A stretch of 43,733 nt of DNA from Bryobacteraceae bacterium (GTDB lineage: Bacteria; Acidobacteriota; Terriglobia; Bryobacterales; Bryobacteraceae), in assembly GCA_041486185.1 (NCBI GenBank), contig JBGPKX010000001.1:1-43733 (forward strand), in the 5' to 3' direction. The notes beneath the pieces were generated by a model, which searched no databases, was not told the origin of the DNA, and saw only the letters and a program-made list of their open reading frames with translations. Each line of letters starts with the position of its first letter. Position 1 is the first letter of the stretch. Made by a program: the position numbers and the translations under genes. Below are positions 10,434-19,535 of this stretch, piece by piece.

Positions 10434-11339
10434 CTACGAAACGGGGTAGCCGTGAATCAGCCTGAATGTCCGGCGCCAGCGGGTCTTGGTAAAGAAGTGC
10501 TCCAGCAAATCGATGAGGTGGTCGATCCCAATAGCTGGATTGGACAGGGCTTCCGTGGAAGCGTCATAGGACCAGTAGATAATCAGCGGTTTGCCGATGA
10601 TGTTTTCGCGCGGCACGAAACCCCAATAGCGGCTGTCCAGCGAGGAGTCGCGATTGTCGCCCATTGCAAAGTAGTGTCCGGGGGGAACGACGACTTCGTG
10701 GTTCTGGACATTGTTCATAAGCATTTCCTGCGCCGGCGGATAGAGATTTACGTTCGGTTCCCCGGGGAAATTGTCCCGGTAGGAATCGATATATTCGGTC
10801 TTGTTGTACTTGTACGGCTCGTCGAGCGGATGGCCGTTCGAGAACAAGCGCTTGTTGACCATGCGTATGTGATCTCCAGGCACTCCCATCACGCGTTTGA
10901 CGAATGTTTGGCGGATGTCGATGGGGTACCGGAACACAATGATGTCGCCGCGTTTTACGTCTTCATAGGGCAGCAGGTGCCTGGTGAGAGGGCCGGGCGG
11001 CGCGTATGCCAGCTTGTCGACAAGCAGATGATCGCCAATCAGTAGCGTATCTTCCATGGATCCGGTGGGAATCACGAACGCCTGCACAAGGGTTGTGGTT
11101 CCGAACAGAAGCAGGATGATGGTGACGGTCCATTCGGCAATCACCCCACGGGGAATGTCGCTCTTGCGAGGCTTCTTGGTTTGCTCCGGCGCCTCCTCGG
11201 CTATGCCGGTCTTTTCTTGGCTCACGATAAAACCATTGTATCGGAAAGCGTAACCGCCGAAGGTGTAAGACTGCGTAGAAAAACGGGACAACGCGCCAGA
11301 CGCCTCTGCTATCCTGTGGAGCGTGACACCGGTTTCCAC
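10434..11339 (-). CDS. lepB: signal peptidase I
   Basis: Catalytic Ser box IPTGSMEDTLL, Lys box GDHLLVDK, and GDNRDSSLDSRYWGFV. The start is uncertain: GTG at 11339 gives the longest ORF, while an in-frame GTG at 11225 gives MSQEKTGIAEE... followed by a TM helix. Confidence 0.88.
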   Translation of the reverse strand: METGVTLHRIAEASGALSRFSTQSYTFGGYAFRYNGFIVSQEKTGIAEEAPEQTKKPRKSDIPRGVIAEWTVTIILLLFGTTTLVQAFVIPTGSMEDTLLIGDHLLVDKLAYAPPGPLTRHLLPYEDVKRGDIIVFRYPIDIRQTFVKRVMGVPGDHIRMVNKRLFSNGHPLDEPYKYNKTEYIDSYRDNFPGEPNVNLYPPAQEMLMNNVQNHEVVVPPGHYFAMGDNRDSSLDSRYWGFVPRENIIGKPLIIYWSYDASTEALSNPAIGIDHLIDLLEHFFTKTRWRRTFRLIHGYPVS

Positions 11340-11379
11340 GGTTCCCGTATATCACCGGCCCCTCACCCGAGCGCAGTCC

Positions 11380-11718
11380 ATGGCGCTGGTCTTTTGCTGC
11401 ACGGTACTCGGCGCGGCCGCGCAAATGCTGATGAAGATCGGCCTGAGCCATCTCACCCAACCGGGCATCATGGGTTACGTCACTAGCCTGCCGCTGTTCG
11501 GGGGCTACTGTCTCTACGGTGTGAACACGGTGCTGATGGTTTTTGCGCTGCGTGACGGCGAGCTTTCAATCCTGTATCCGATCATTGCCCTGACTTATGT
11601 CTGGGTCACGGTGCTCTCGGTGGTTTTTTTTCACGAGACTCTGAATCTGTTCAAATTGCTCGGCATCGCAGTGGTTGTGACCGGCGTGGCGGTGATGGGA
11701 AGAGGCGGCAAGTCGTGA
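11380..11718 (+). CDS. small 4-TM EamA/DMT-like membrane protein (half-size transporter subunit)
   Basis: About 112 aa from the ATG at 11380 (the ORF track starts at GTG 11323). Four hydrophobic segments are visible. The motif ALRDGELSILYP parallels GLKRGEVSVLYP in the next ORF. Confidence 0.65.
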   Translation: MALVFCCTVLGAAAQMLMKIGLSHLTQPGIMGYVTSLPLFGGYCLYGVNTVLMVFALRDGELSILYPIIALTYVWVTVLSVVFFHETLNLFKLLGIAVVVTGVAVMGRGGKS

Positions 11719-12074
11719 ACACGCCCGTTTCGTCGATGCTGTTGGTGCTGGTCGCGTCGTTCTTCGGATCGTTTGGGGCGGTGTTCCTGAAATCAGGCTC
11801 GCAAAAGGTTAAAGATGGCCTGCGGTACCTGTTCCTCAACATTCGGCTCGCCGCCGGCGTGTCGCTATTCTTGGGCTCTTCGGTGTTCTACGTCCTCGGA
11901 CTGAAACGCGGAGAGGTGTCGGTACTGTACCCCATGGTTTCACTTGCCAATGTCTGGACCCTGATCTGGTCGAGGCTGCTTTTCAAAGAACCGATCACAC
12001 GCGCTAAAACGCTGGGGCTGCTTCTGATCCTGATCGGTGTGTTTTTTATCGGCGTCGGCGCGGAGGGGCGCTGA
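11715..12074 (+). CDS. small 4-TM EamA/DMT-like membrane protein (paralogous partner subunit)
   Basis: The GTG start overlaps the upstream TGA (GTGA). It is 119 aa with four hydrophobic segments, and it is a paralog of the preceding ORF. Confidence 0.65.
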   Translation: MNTPVSSMLLVLVASFFGSFGAVFLKSGSQKVKDGLRYLFLNIRLAAGVSLFLGSSVFYVLGLKRGEVSVLYPMVSLANVWTLIWSRLLFKEPITRAKTLGLLLILIGVFFIGVGAEGR

Positions 12075-12077
12075 CCT

Positions 12078-12833
12078 TCATACCGGTTCTACGCGATCCA
12101 GCGCCAGAAATTCCTGAATGTGGGGATGCTGCGCTTTCTCCAGATCATGCACCGGCCCGAAGAAAATCACCTGTCCCTGATGGAGAAACACGACGCGGTC
12201 GGCTACGCGGTTCATCAGATCCAGATCGTGCGTTACGACGACGGAGGTGAGCCGCAATTGGTGTTTGAGCCGCAGCATCAACTCCGCCAGGTGATCCGAC
12301 ATGATGGGATCGACCATGGTGGTGGGCTCATCGTAGAGAACGCATTCCGGTTGCGCTGCCAAAGCCCGCGCGATGGCCACCGCTCGTTTATAGCCAGTCG
12401 ACAAATCGGCGGGGTAGGTATCGCGCGCTTCGTAAATATCCACCATCTTGAGCAGGCCATTCACGACGTCTTCTTTGTTCTGTTCGTCATAATCTTCGCG
12501 TAGCTCGAGCGAGAACAGAACATTCTCAGCTACCGTCAGCGAGTCGAAGAGCGCACCCGATTGAAAGACCATTGTGACTTTCTTGCGGATGCGGCGCAGT
12601 TCGGGTTCGGCAAAGTCGGTGATATCTTCATGCGCCACGATTACGCGGCCGCTGTCGGGCTTCAGGAAGCCCATAATGTGCGCCAGCGTCACGGACTTAC
12701 CCACGCCGCTGCGCCCGATAATCGCCACCGTTTGTCCGCCGTCTACGTAAAAATTGCTGTCGACTAAAACCGGCTTGTCGAACGTCTTATACACGTGGCG
12801 GAACTCGATGTAATGCGGAAACTCTTCAGCCAT
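12078..12833 (-). CDS. ABC transporter ATP-binding protein, MlaF-like
   Basis: Trimmed to the ATG at 12833 (MAEEFPHYIEFRHVYKTF). Walker A GRSGVGKS, Q-loop MVFQSGALFDSLTVAENV (MlaF-like), an atypical signature LSTGYKRA, Walker B VLYDEP, and H-loop VTHD. No permease gene is adjacent. Confidence 0.8.
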   Translation of the reverse strand: MAEEFPHYIEFRHVYKTFDKPVLVDSNFYVDGGQTVAIIGRSGVGKSVTLAHIMGFLKPDSGRVIVAHEDITDFAEPELRRIRKKVTMVFQSGALFDSLTVAENVLFSLELREDYDEQNKEDVVNGLLKMVDIYEARDTYPADLSTGYKRAVAIARALAAQPECVLYDEPTTMVDPIMSDHLAELMLRLKHQLRLTSVVVTHDLDLMNRVADRVVFLHQGQVIFFGPVHDLEKAQHPHIQEFLALDRVEPV

Positions 12834-13389
12834 TGGAATAACAGGTCCACTCCTGAGGGGTATTGAGATTATGAAAATAGCGCGACTCGGCCACGCGCCA
12901 GACATCGATTTCGAGCCCGGCGAAGCCGTCGGTGACCTTACGAACTCCCGAGGCGAGCGCGCCCCCGATGGCCTTCAGCGCGCGGCGGCGATAGGCCGCA
13001 CAGAGCGGCTCCGGCAATCCGGAAGGACCTGCGGGAACAACGGCGTCGGCAGTGCCAGCCTCGGCGCGTTCCATCAGCCGCCCGAGAAATTCCGCGGTAA
13101 CTTCCGGCATGTCGCACGCCACAATCAAGTTCCACTCCGCCTTCGAAACCGTGAGAGCTGCGTGGATGCCGGAGAGCGGACCACATCCCGGAAGGATATC
13201 CTGGATGACCGGATAACCAAGGTAAGTATACCTGGCAGGATTTCCGACCAAAGTTACGTTTCTTGCAACGGAAAACACTTCAGCAGCAACGTGTTCCACG
13301 AGCGTGCGCCCCTTGAAGGGGAGCAAGGCTTTGTCGTGGCCCATGCGGGAGCTCCGGCCGCCAGCCAGCACGAATCCCGCGCGCTCCAT
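12826..13389 (-). CDS. mobA: molybdenum cofactor guanylyltransferase
   Basis: N-terminal GFVLAGGRSSRMGHDKALL motif, with IVACDMPEV further on. It is 187 aa and overlaps the start of the downstream ATPase gene by 8 nt. Confidence 0.85.
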   Translation of the reverse strand: MERAGFVLAGGRSSRMGHDKALLPFKGRTLVEHVAAEVFSVARNVTLVGNPARYTYLGYPVIQDILPGCGPLSGIHAALTVSKAEWNLIVACDMPEVTAEFLGRLMERAEAGTADAVVPAGPSGLPEPLCAAYRRRALKAIGGALASGVRKVTDGFAGLEIDVWRVAESRYFHNLNTPQEWTCYSNG

Positions 13390-13458
13390 GCAGAAATGAT
13401 AACATTGTGAAGATATGTGCAGGGCCTTAGTAAAGTGACGCAGAAATAAAACATAAAA

Positions 13459-14151
13459 ATGCGAAATTGTTTTATACTATCTTCGGTGATCACAGCCAGC
13501 GTGGCGGTTCTCTCGGCAGCCTCTTTGAACAGCCCGGCCACGGTCACTTTGGTGGTGCGCTCCGATGCCCGCACGGGCCGGCTGGTTCGCAGCCTGGCGA
13601 AGCCGGTCGCGGAAAAGGCCGCCCCTCAAATCGAGTTGCCTGCGGAGTCGGAAGATACGCCACTGGCGTTTTCCAGCATGGTCGATCGCATCGCGGAGCG
13701 GCACGCAGTCGATCGCGATCTGGTGCATTCCATGATCCGGGTGGAGAGTAACTACAACCCTTTCGCAGTTTCGAGCAAAGGCGCTCTCGGCCTGATGCAA
13801 CTAATTCCCTCGACGGCGCGCCGGTTCGGCGTATCCGACAGTTTTAATCCGGCTGAAAATGTGGAGGGTGGCGTTCGATATATGAGGTATCTGCTGGATC
13901 ATTACGACGGCGATCACCGGCTGGCGCTCGCGGCTTACAATGCGGGCGAAGGCACGGTGCAGCGGTATGGTGGCGTGCCTCCGTTCCCCGAGACCCGCAG
14001 TTATGTGTTCCGCGTGCGTAAGGCCTTGGGTGAAATGAAAGAAGCTAAAAAGCTTCACGCCGCTGATGCCACGCCCGAGTCGTCTGGCGATTTCAACCCC
14101 GTTCGCGCCTTCATGGATGCGATGGGAAGGATGTACTACAAGACCCCATAG
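13459..14151 (+). CDS. lytic transglycosylase (SLT domain)
   Basis: Signal peptide, then the catalytic ES motif (MIRVESNYNPFAVSSKGALGLMQL) and AYNAGEGTVQRYGG. Confidence 0.88.
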   Translation: MRNCFILSSVITASVAVLSAASLNSPATVTLVVRSDARTGRLVRSLAKPVAEKAAPQIELPAESEDTPLAFSSMVDRIAERHAVDRDLVHSMIRVESNYNPFAVSSKGALGLMQLIPSTARRFGVSDSFNPAENVEGGVRYMRYLLDHYDGDHRLALAAYNAGEGTVQRYGGVPPFPETRSYVFRVRKALGEMKEAKKLHAADATPESSGDFNPVRAFMDAMGRMYYKTP

Positions 14152-14154
14152 CCT

Positions 14155-15660
14155 ATGACAGGGCGGCTCACGGCTGCGATTTTGCTGTTGGCGTCGACGG
14201 TAGTCGCGGCAGAGCCGCGGCAGCCTTCCCGCCTTGAGGTGACCGCGGTGCGCTACTGGTCGCTCGCCGACACAACCCGCATCGCCATCGAGATCACCGG
14301 TGAAGTCCAGGTTCGTTCCGACCGCGTCCAGGACCCCGATCGCATTTTCTTCGATTTTGTAGGAGCGCGTCCCTATATTGAAGGCAAGCGGATGTTCTCG
14401 ACTGAAGTCGGTAATAAGCTGCTGAAACGCATTCGCGTCGCCGAGACAGTACCGGGAGTAACGCGCGTGGTGCTGGATTTGGAATCGGCCGTCGAGTTTA
14501 CGGTCTCGCATTTGGATAATCCCAGCCGCATGATCATCGAGCTTCGTGGGGCGCAAGGGGTTCCCGCGCCGGATCGCACTCTCCAGGCCGCGGAGCGTGA
14601 ACCCGAACCCGTTCGCCGTGAAGTCGCACCGCTGCGGCGCGAGCCGCTACCCATGCGCGAACCCCAGCGTCGCGAAGCGCCCGCTCCAGCGGTTACGATT
14701 GCCGAGCCGCCGCCACTCAAGCCGGAGGTCGCGAAAACGCAAGCCGCGCGCATGGCTGCCAAAGTGGTGACATCCCCCACCGTGATGCTCCCGGAACCTC
14801 CCGCCCCTTCACCGGCGCCGGCGTCGCCACTCAGCACACCGGATGATGGCGCGGTCGCATCGGCCGGGGCCCGTAAGGCTGTGCCGCGTGCAGTGCCGAA
14901 AGCGGCACATGTAATGAGCGACGGCGAACGTTCGCTGATTCGCGCGCTTGGCCTGAAAATCAATCGTGTGGTGATCGATCCAGGCCACGGCGGCGCCGAC
15001 CAAGGTACCGTCGGGCGGCGCGGCGTAATGGAAAAGGAATTGGTCCTTGACGTGGCCAAGCGCCTTGGAAAATTGATTGAAGAGCGGATGGGGAGCGAGG
15101 TGATTTACACGCGCAGCGACGACACTTTCATCCCACTCCAGGCCCGCACGCAACTGGCGAACGAGAAAAAAGCCGATCTATTCCTTTCCATTCACGCCAA
15201 TTCCTCGCCGCATCCGAAGATTGGGGGCATCGAGGTTTACTATCTCAATTTTACGCGCTCGGCCGACGCGTTGGATTTAGCAGCACGCGAAAACGCGAGT
15301 TCAGAGAAGTCCGTTTACGAGTTGCGGGATCTGATCCAGACCATCACCCTGCATGACAAGATCGAGGAGTCGAAGGAGTTCGCGTCGAAAGTACAGAGCA
15401 CACTGCAAACCTTCGAGACGCGATACAACGCGGCTGCCAAGAATCGCGGAGTCAAGAAGGCGCCCTTTGTGGTGTTGATCGGCGCTTCGATGCCCTCGGT
15501 GCTGGCCGAAATCGGGTTCCTCAGCAATGCGCGGGAAGAGCAGCTCCTCAAGCGCCCGGATCACCGGCAAAAGCTTGCAGAAGCCCTGTATCAGGGCGTC
15601 ACGCGATACTCAGAATCCCTGAGCCACTTTCAAGTGGCGCAGCGCGCCTCCACCGAATAG
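14155..15660 (+). CDS. N-acetylmuramoyl-L-alanine amidase with N-terminal AMIN domain (AmiC-like)
   Basis: Signal peptide, then an AMIN-type domain (VRYWSLADTTRIAIEITGEV...RVVLDL). A Pro/Arg/Glu-rich linker with reiterated RREP-like units spans about aa 133-260. The Amidase_3 domain follows (VVIDPGHGGADQG, LFLSIHANS). Confidence 0.88.
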   Translation: MTGRLTAAILLLASTVVAAEPRQPSRLEVTAVRYWSLADTTRIAIEITGEVQVRSDRVQDPDRIFFDFVGARPYIEGKRMFSTEVGNKLLKRIRVAETVPGVTRVVLDLESAVEFTVSHLDNPSRMIIELRGAQGVPAPDRTLQAAEREPEPVRREVAPLRREPLPMREPQRREAPAPAVTIAEPPPLKPEVAKTQAARMAAKVVTSPTVMLPEPPAPSPAPASPLSTPDDGAVASAGARKAVPRAVPKAAHVMSDGERSLIRALGLKINRVVIDPGHGGADQGTVGRRGVMEKELVLDVAKRLGKLIEERMGSEVIYTRSDDTFIPLQARTQLANEKKADLFLSIHANSSPHPKIGGIEVYYLNFTRSADALDLAARENASSEKSVYELRDLIQTITLHDKIEESKEFASKVQSTLQTFETRYNAAAKNRGVKKAPFVVLIGASMPSVLAEIGFLSNAREEQLLKRPDHRQKLAEALYQGVTRYSESLSHFQVAQRASTE

Positions 15661-15664
15661 AGCG

Positions 15665-16378
15665 GTGCGGGTTCTCACCTTTCGGCACTCGCCCTTCGAC
15701 GATCTCGGCCTCATCGGCGACGTGTTGGACGCCCATAGCATTCAGCATGATTATGCCGATCTGTACGCCTCTCCCGATGCTGAGCCTCCCATAAACGAAG
15801 CGGACGGTTTGATCTTCATGGGCGGCTCTATGTCCGTGAATGACGATCTGCCGTTCATTCACCGGGAAATTCAATACATCAGGACAGCCACGGAGATGGG
15901 CAAGCCCATTCTCGGCGTGTGCCTGGGCGCGCAGTTAATCGCCAAGGCTCTTGGCGCCCGAGTGTATAGCAACCCAGTAAAGGAAGTCGGCTGGGCGCTC
16001 GTCACGTTTACGAATGCCGCGCGACACGATCCGCTCTTCACGGACTTCACGGCCTCTGAAATGATCTTTCACTGGCATGGCGAGACATCCGACCTGCCTC
16101 CAGGCGCCGAACTGCTGGCGTCTTCCATGGCCTGCCGGAATCAGGCGTTTCGCTGCGGCAACCGTACCTACGGCCTCCAGTTTCATCTCGAGGTCACGCC
16201 GGATATGATCGTGCAGTGGTGCCATGAGGACGAAGCGTGTGGCGGCGCGCGTGATGCTTCCGTGCCGATCGATCCCCACGCTCACGCCGCGCGCGCCAAG
16301 GAGATGGCAGAGACAGTTTTCGGCCGCTGGTGCAGTTTGGTGAAAGGCCAGACCTCAAGTTGCGGAGCCCGTTCGTAG
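15665..16378 (+). CDS. class-I glutamine amidotransferase family protein (GuaA N-domain-like)
   Basis: GTG start. Nucleophile elbow GVCLGAQLIA, and a His/Glu region near FHLEVT. It is 237 aa. Confidence 0.75.
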   Translation: MRVLTFRHSPFDDLGLIGDVLDAHSIQHDYADLYASPDAEPPINEADGLIFMGGSMSVNDDLPFIHREIQYIRTATEMGKPILGVCLGAQLIAKALGARVYSNPVKEVGWALVTFTNAARHDPLFTDFTASEMIFHWHGETSDLPPGAELLASSMACRNQAFRCGNRTYGLQFHLEVTPDMIVQWCHEDEACGGARDASVPIDPHAHAARAKEMAETVFGRWCSLVKGQTSSCGARS

Positions 16379-17958
16379 CGGCGGCCCTGTTGGCCGCATG
16401 TGCCTGCGCACGCGCGGTTGAGCCCGTGCAGATTCACGCGTATCCGCAGAAGTTCACCACCTTCTACCAAAAGAATGATCGGCCGGCGCCGGAGGTCCTG
16501 AAGGGCACGCCGAATCCGCTGCCTGCAGACGATGTGAATTGTGCCGCCACCGCAACCGACGGCGCGGTCTGGCTTGGCACGCGCTCGGGAGCCATTCGCA
16601 TCGATAACAAAGCCGACCGCCGGGATCGCTACCAGTACTTTGCGGGCCGTCGCTATCTTCCCGATGACCACGTCATTGATCTAACCCCCGATTCTTCAAG
16701 CGGCGTTTGGGCGCGAACGAGCACGGGCATTTCCCATATCGAGCTTCGTCCCATGACGCTCGATCAGAAAGCGGCACATTTCGAAAGACGCATTCACGAC
16801 CGGCATGATCGCTATGGGTTGGTAGCCTCGTCCATCTTGCGAGTGCGCGGCGATCTGGCGACCAATCAGCTCGACCCGAGCGATAACGATGGGCTCTGGA
16901 CGGCTATTTACGCCGCCGCCGAATGTTTTCGTTATGCCGCCACGCGCTCTCCGGACGCGCTGGCTAACGCCAAGAAATCGATTGACGCGGTCTTGTTTCT
17001 GGAACGAGTCACCGGCTGGCCCGGTTTCCCCGCGCGCTCTTACATACGCAGGGGCGATTTTCGCGAGCCGGATGGCGTGTGGCACTGGACGGCGGATGGG
17101 AAGGACGAGTGGAAGGCGGACACCAGCTCGGATGAAATCGTGGGCCACTTTTTCCTGTTTAGCGTGGCTTGGGATCTGCTGCCTGAGCCCGAACTCAAGC
17201 AGCGCATCCGTGCGACAGCAGCGCGCATTGCGGATCACATCCTGGAGCATGGCTACAATCTCACCGACGTCAATGGACAGCCGACCACCTGGGGACGCTG
17301 GTCGCGTGAGTACTTCGAGAGTGAGAACGGAAAAGCCGACAGTCCTCTCAACGCCCTCGAGTTGCTGAGCATTCTGAAAACTGCGGCCCACATCACGGGC
17401 AACCCCAAGTACGAAGCCGAGTATCGCAAGGCGGCTATCGATTTGAAGTATCTCGACCAGGCAGCGCGCCTCGCCGAGCTGACCCATGAGATCAACTATT
17501 CCGACGAAGAACTCGCCATGCTCAGCTTCTATCCGGTATGGCGTTACGAGCACGACACCAGCCTGCTGGAGTTCTACCGGCGCGCGGCGGACCAGTGGTG
17601 GCGCAACATCCAGCGCGAGCAGAACCCGCTGTGGACGCTCATCTACCTGCAATCGCAGCCCGCCAAACCAGTGGATCTGGCCGGCGCCGTGTGGACGCTC
17701 TACCGAATTCCAATGGATCTGATTGAGTGGACGGTACGGAATTCGCGCCGCCGGGACGTGGCCGTAGACAGGGCGCGCGACCGTTTCAACCAGCCGCAAT
17801 CCACGACCCTGCTTCCGCCCGACGAGCGCCCGGTCATGAAATGGAATGGCAATCCGTTCCAGATCGACGGCGGTAACGGAGGGCGGACGGAAGATGACGG
17901 TGCGTTTTTTCTACTGCCGTACTGGATGGGACGCTATCTCGGCCTGCTGTTAGAGTGA
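16360..17958 (+). CDS. hypothetical exported protein / putative lipoprotein
   Basis: A TTG at 16360 gives MRSPFVAAALLAAC with a lipobox-like LAAC; the ORF-track ATG at 16330 is the alternative. N-terminal short repeats resemble two-component-regulator propeller blades (GAVWLGTRSGAIRI, SGVWARTSTGISHI). The C-terminal about 400 aa is helical and Trp-rich with no motif I can name. Confidence 0.55.
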   Translation: MRSPFVAAALLAACACARAVEPVQIHAYPQKFTTFYQKNDRPAPEVLKGTPNPLPADDVNCAATATDGAVWLGTRSGAIRIDNKADRRDRYQYFAGRRYLPDDHVIDLTPDSSSGVWARTSTGISHIELRPMTLDQKAAHFERRIHDRHDRYGLVASSILRVRGDLATNQLDPSDNDGLWTAIYAAAECFRYAATRSPDALANAKKSIDAVLFLERVTGWPGFPARSYIRRGDFREPDGVWHWTADGKDEWKADTSSDEIVGHFFLFSVAWDLLPEPELKQRIRATAARIADHILEHGYNLTDVNGQPTTWGRWSREYFESENGKADSPLNALELLSILKTAAHITGNPKYEAEYRKAAIDLKYLDQAARLAELTHEINYSDEELAMLSFYPVWRYEHDTSLLEFYRRAADQWWRNIQREQNPLWTLIYLQSQPAKPVDLAGAVWTLYRIPMDLIEWTVRNSRRRDVAVDRARDRFNQPQSTTLLPPDERPVMKWNGNPFQIDGGNGGRTEDDGAFFLLPYWMGRYLGLLLE

Positions 17959-18696
17959 GCTCTCTGGTTTGGAATCCGCAGAGCTCAACTGCTCGAAGAC
18001 CACCCGCGCCGCATTCTGGGCTGCATTTTTCTTCGAGTAGCCTTGGGCCTGCGCCACCCAATCCTTGCCCACACGAACTTCAATGGTGAACGTTTTGGAA
18101 TGCTCCGGACCCTGCTCTCTTGCGATTATGTAACGCGGCAAAGGCAGGTTGCGCGCGCGCGCGAGTTCCTGCAAGGCGCTTTTGAAGTCCGTGAGCGCAG
18201 CGGGCAGATCGTCTGTTAAGAACGCAGCGTCGACGGAAGGGTGACCCACGACATGTCGTTGGACAAATTCGCGTGCTTTGTCTATGCCGGCATCCAGATA
18301 GAGCGCCGCCAGTAGCGCTTCGAGCGCGTCTACCAGCAGTGTTCGCTTGGACCGGCCGCCGCTCATTTCCTCGCCGCGGCCAAGCTGCAGATACTGTCCC
18401 AATTGCAGCCTGTCCGCGACGCCATAAAGATGCACGGCGCTGACGATATGCGCCTTCAGTTTGGAGAGCCGCCCTTCGGAATATCCAGGCAATCGTTCGA
18501 TGAGCGCTTCGCTGATGAGGAAGCCAAGAATGGAATCGCCCAGGAATTCCAGCTGCTCGTTGTCAGCCAGAGGCGCGCCCGCGCCAGCTCCTCTTTCGTG
18601 CACGTGTGAGCTGTGCGTGAGCGCGCGTTCGAGCAATTCCCGGTTGTGAAACTGGTGCCCGATCGCGTTCTCTAACAATGAGAGATCGGGACGCAT
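17950..18696 (-). CDS. rnc: ribonuclease III
   Basis: RNase III signature NEQLEFLGDSILGFLISEAL and a C-terminal dsRBD (KSALQELA...GPEHSKTF). The ATG at 18696 is preferred over the TTG at 18738, which would overlap the upstream gene. Confidence 0.93.
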   Translation of the reverse strand: MRPDLSLLENAIGHQFHNRELLERALTHSSHVHERGAGAGAPLADNEQLEFLGDSILGFLISEALIERLPGYSEGRLSKLKAHIVSAVHLYGVADRLQLGQYLQLGRGEEMSGGRSKRTLLVDALEALLAALYLDAGIDKAREFVQRHVVGHPSVDAAFLTDDLPAALTDFKSALQELARARNLPLPRYIIAREQGPEHSKTFTIEVRVGKDWVAQAQGYSKKNAAQNAARVVFEQLSSADSKPESSL

Positions 18697-18718
18697 CGCC
18701 GCGAACCAAACCTCCGCG

Positions 18719-19525
18719 CTACTGCTTCTTGATTTCAACCTGAGCAGGCCCCGCGGGAGCCGCCGGTTTTGCGCCGCCGGACTTCATTTGGGTCGCCCGT
18801 ACCTTTTCGGCCTGCGCAAACTGCCGGATGCTGGGATGCAGATCCTGCATGGCCATCACTTTGTCGAGTAGCGCCAGGGCTTCATCGGGCTTATTAGTCA
18901 GGTTGTAGGCTGCTGCCAGACGAACCATAGTGACCGGATCGGGAGACTCGTCAAGCGCCGCTTTCATCTCGGAGATCGCCACATCGTAGTTCTTGCGCGC
19001 CATGGCCGCGTAGCCCAGCGCCTCGTGCCCTTGAGCTGTGTACTCCTTCTTAGCCTGCGACCACTGATCGTCCGTTATCTGCGGATTGGGCTTGGGAGCG
19101 TCCTTGACGATGTTCATGGCGTCTTTGGCGTATTTCTCCGCGCGCGTCAGCTTTTCCTCGCGGTCCAGGTCGAATTCGCGGGTCTTTTGTGCGATTCCCT
19201 TAGCCAGCATCAGCAAGGCGGCATACTGCTTCGGGTCGGCCGTCACCGATTGCTCGGCATAGACAATCATCTTTTCGAAATCATTCTTCTGCTGGTAGGA
19301 CACTGCCTCCAGATATAACGCCAGCGCTTTGAAGTCCGTATCGGCGTACTTGGTGAGCAGCGCGTCTGCGGCCTTAATGCGGGCGTCAGGATCCTGTGTG
19401 CCGAACATCGCCTGCAGGGCGTCTACCTCGCCTTTGGACTTTGGCGTCGGTGGTTTCTGGTCGGCGCATAATGCCGGGAGCGTTAAAATGAGCGCTAGCG
19501 TCGAAATCGTCAAAACCCGTTGCAT
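18719..19525 (-). CDS. exported tetratricopeptide-repeat protein
   Basis: Trimmed to the ATG at 19525 (MQRVLTISTLALILTLPALCA), which is preceded by a GAAGGAG Shine-Dalgarno. TPR-like helical repeats run throughout. Confidence 0.7.
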   Translation of the reverse strand: MQRVLTISTLALILTLPALCADQKPPTPKSKGEVDALQAMFGTQDPDARIKAADALLTKYADTDFKALALYLEAVSYQQKNDFEKMIVYAEQSVTADPKQYAALLMLAKGIAQKTREFDLDREEKLTRAEKYAKDAMNIVKDAPKPNPQITDDQWSQAKKEYTAQGHEALGYAAMARKNYDVAISEMKAALDESPDPVTMVRLAAAYNLTNKPDEALALLDKVMAMQDLHPSIRQFAQAEKVRATQMKSGGAKPAAPAGPAQVEIKKQ

Positions 19526-19535
19526 GAAAACTCCT

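Noticed and set aside
14551-14935. Reiterated RREP/PAP units in the amidase gene.
   Set aside because: This is a Pro/Arg/Glu-rich interdomain linker between the AMIN and catalytic domains. Such linkers are a common feature of this family and not an independent element.
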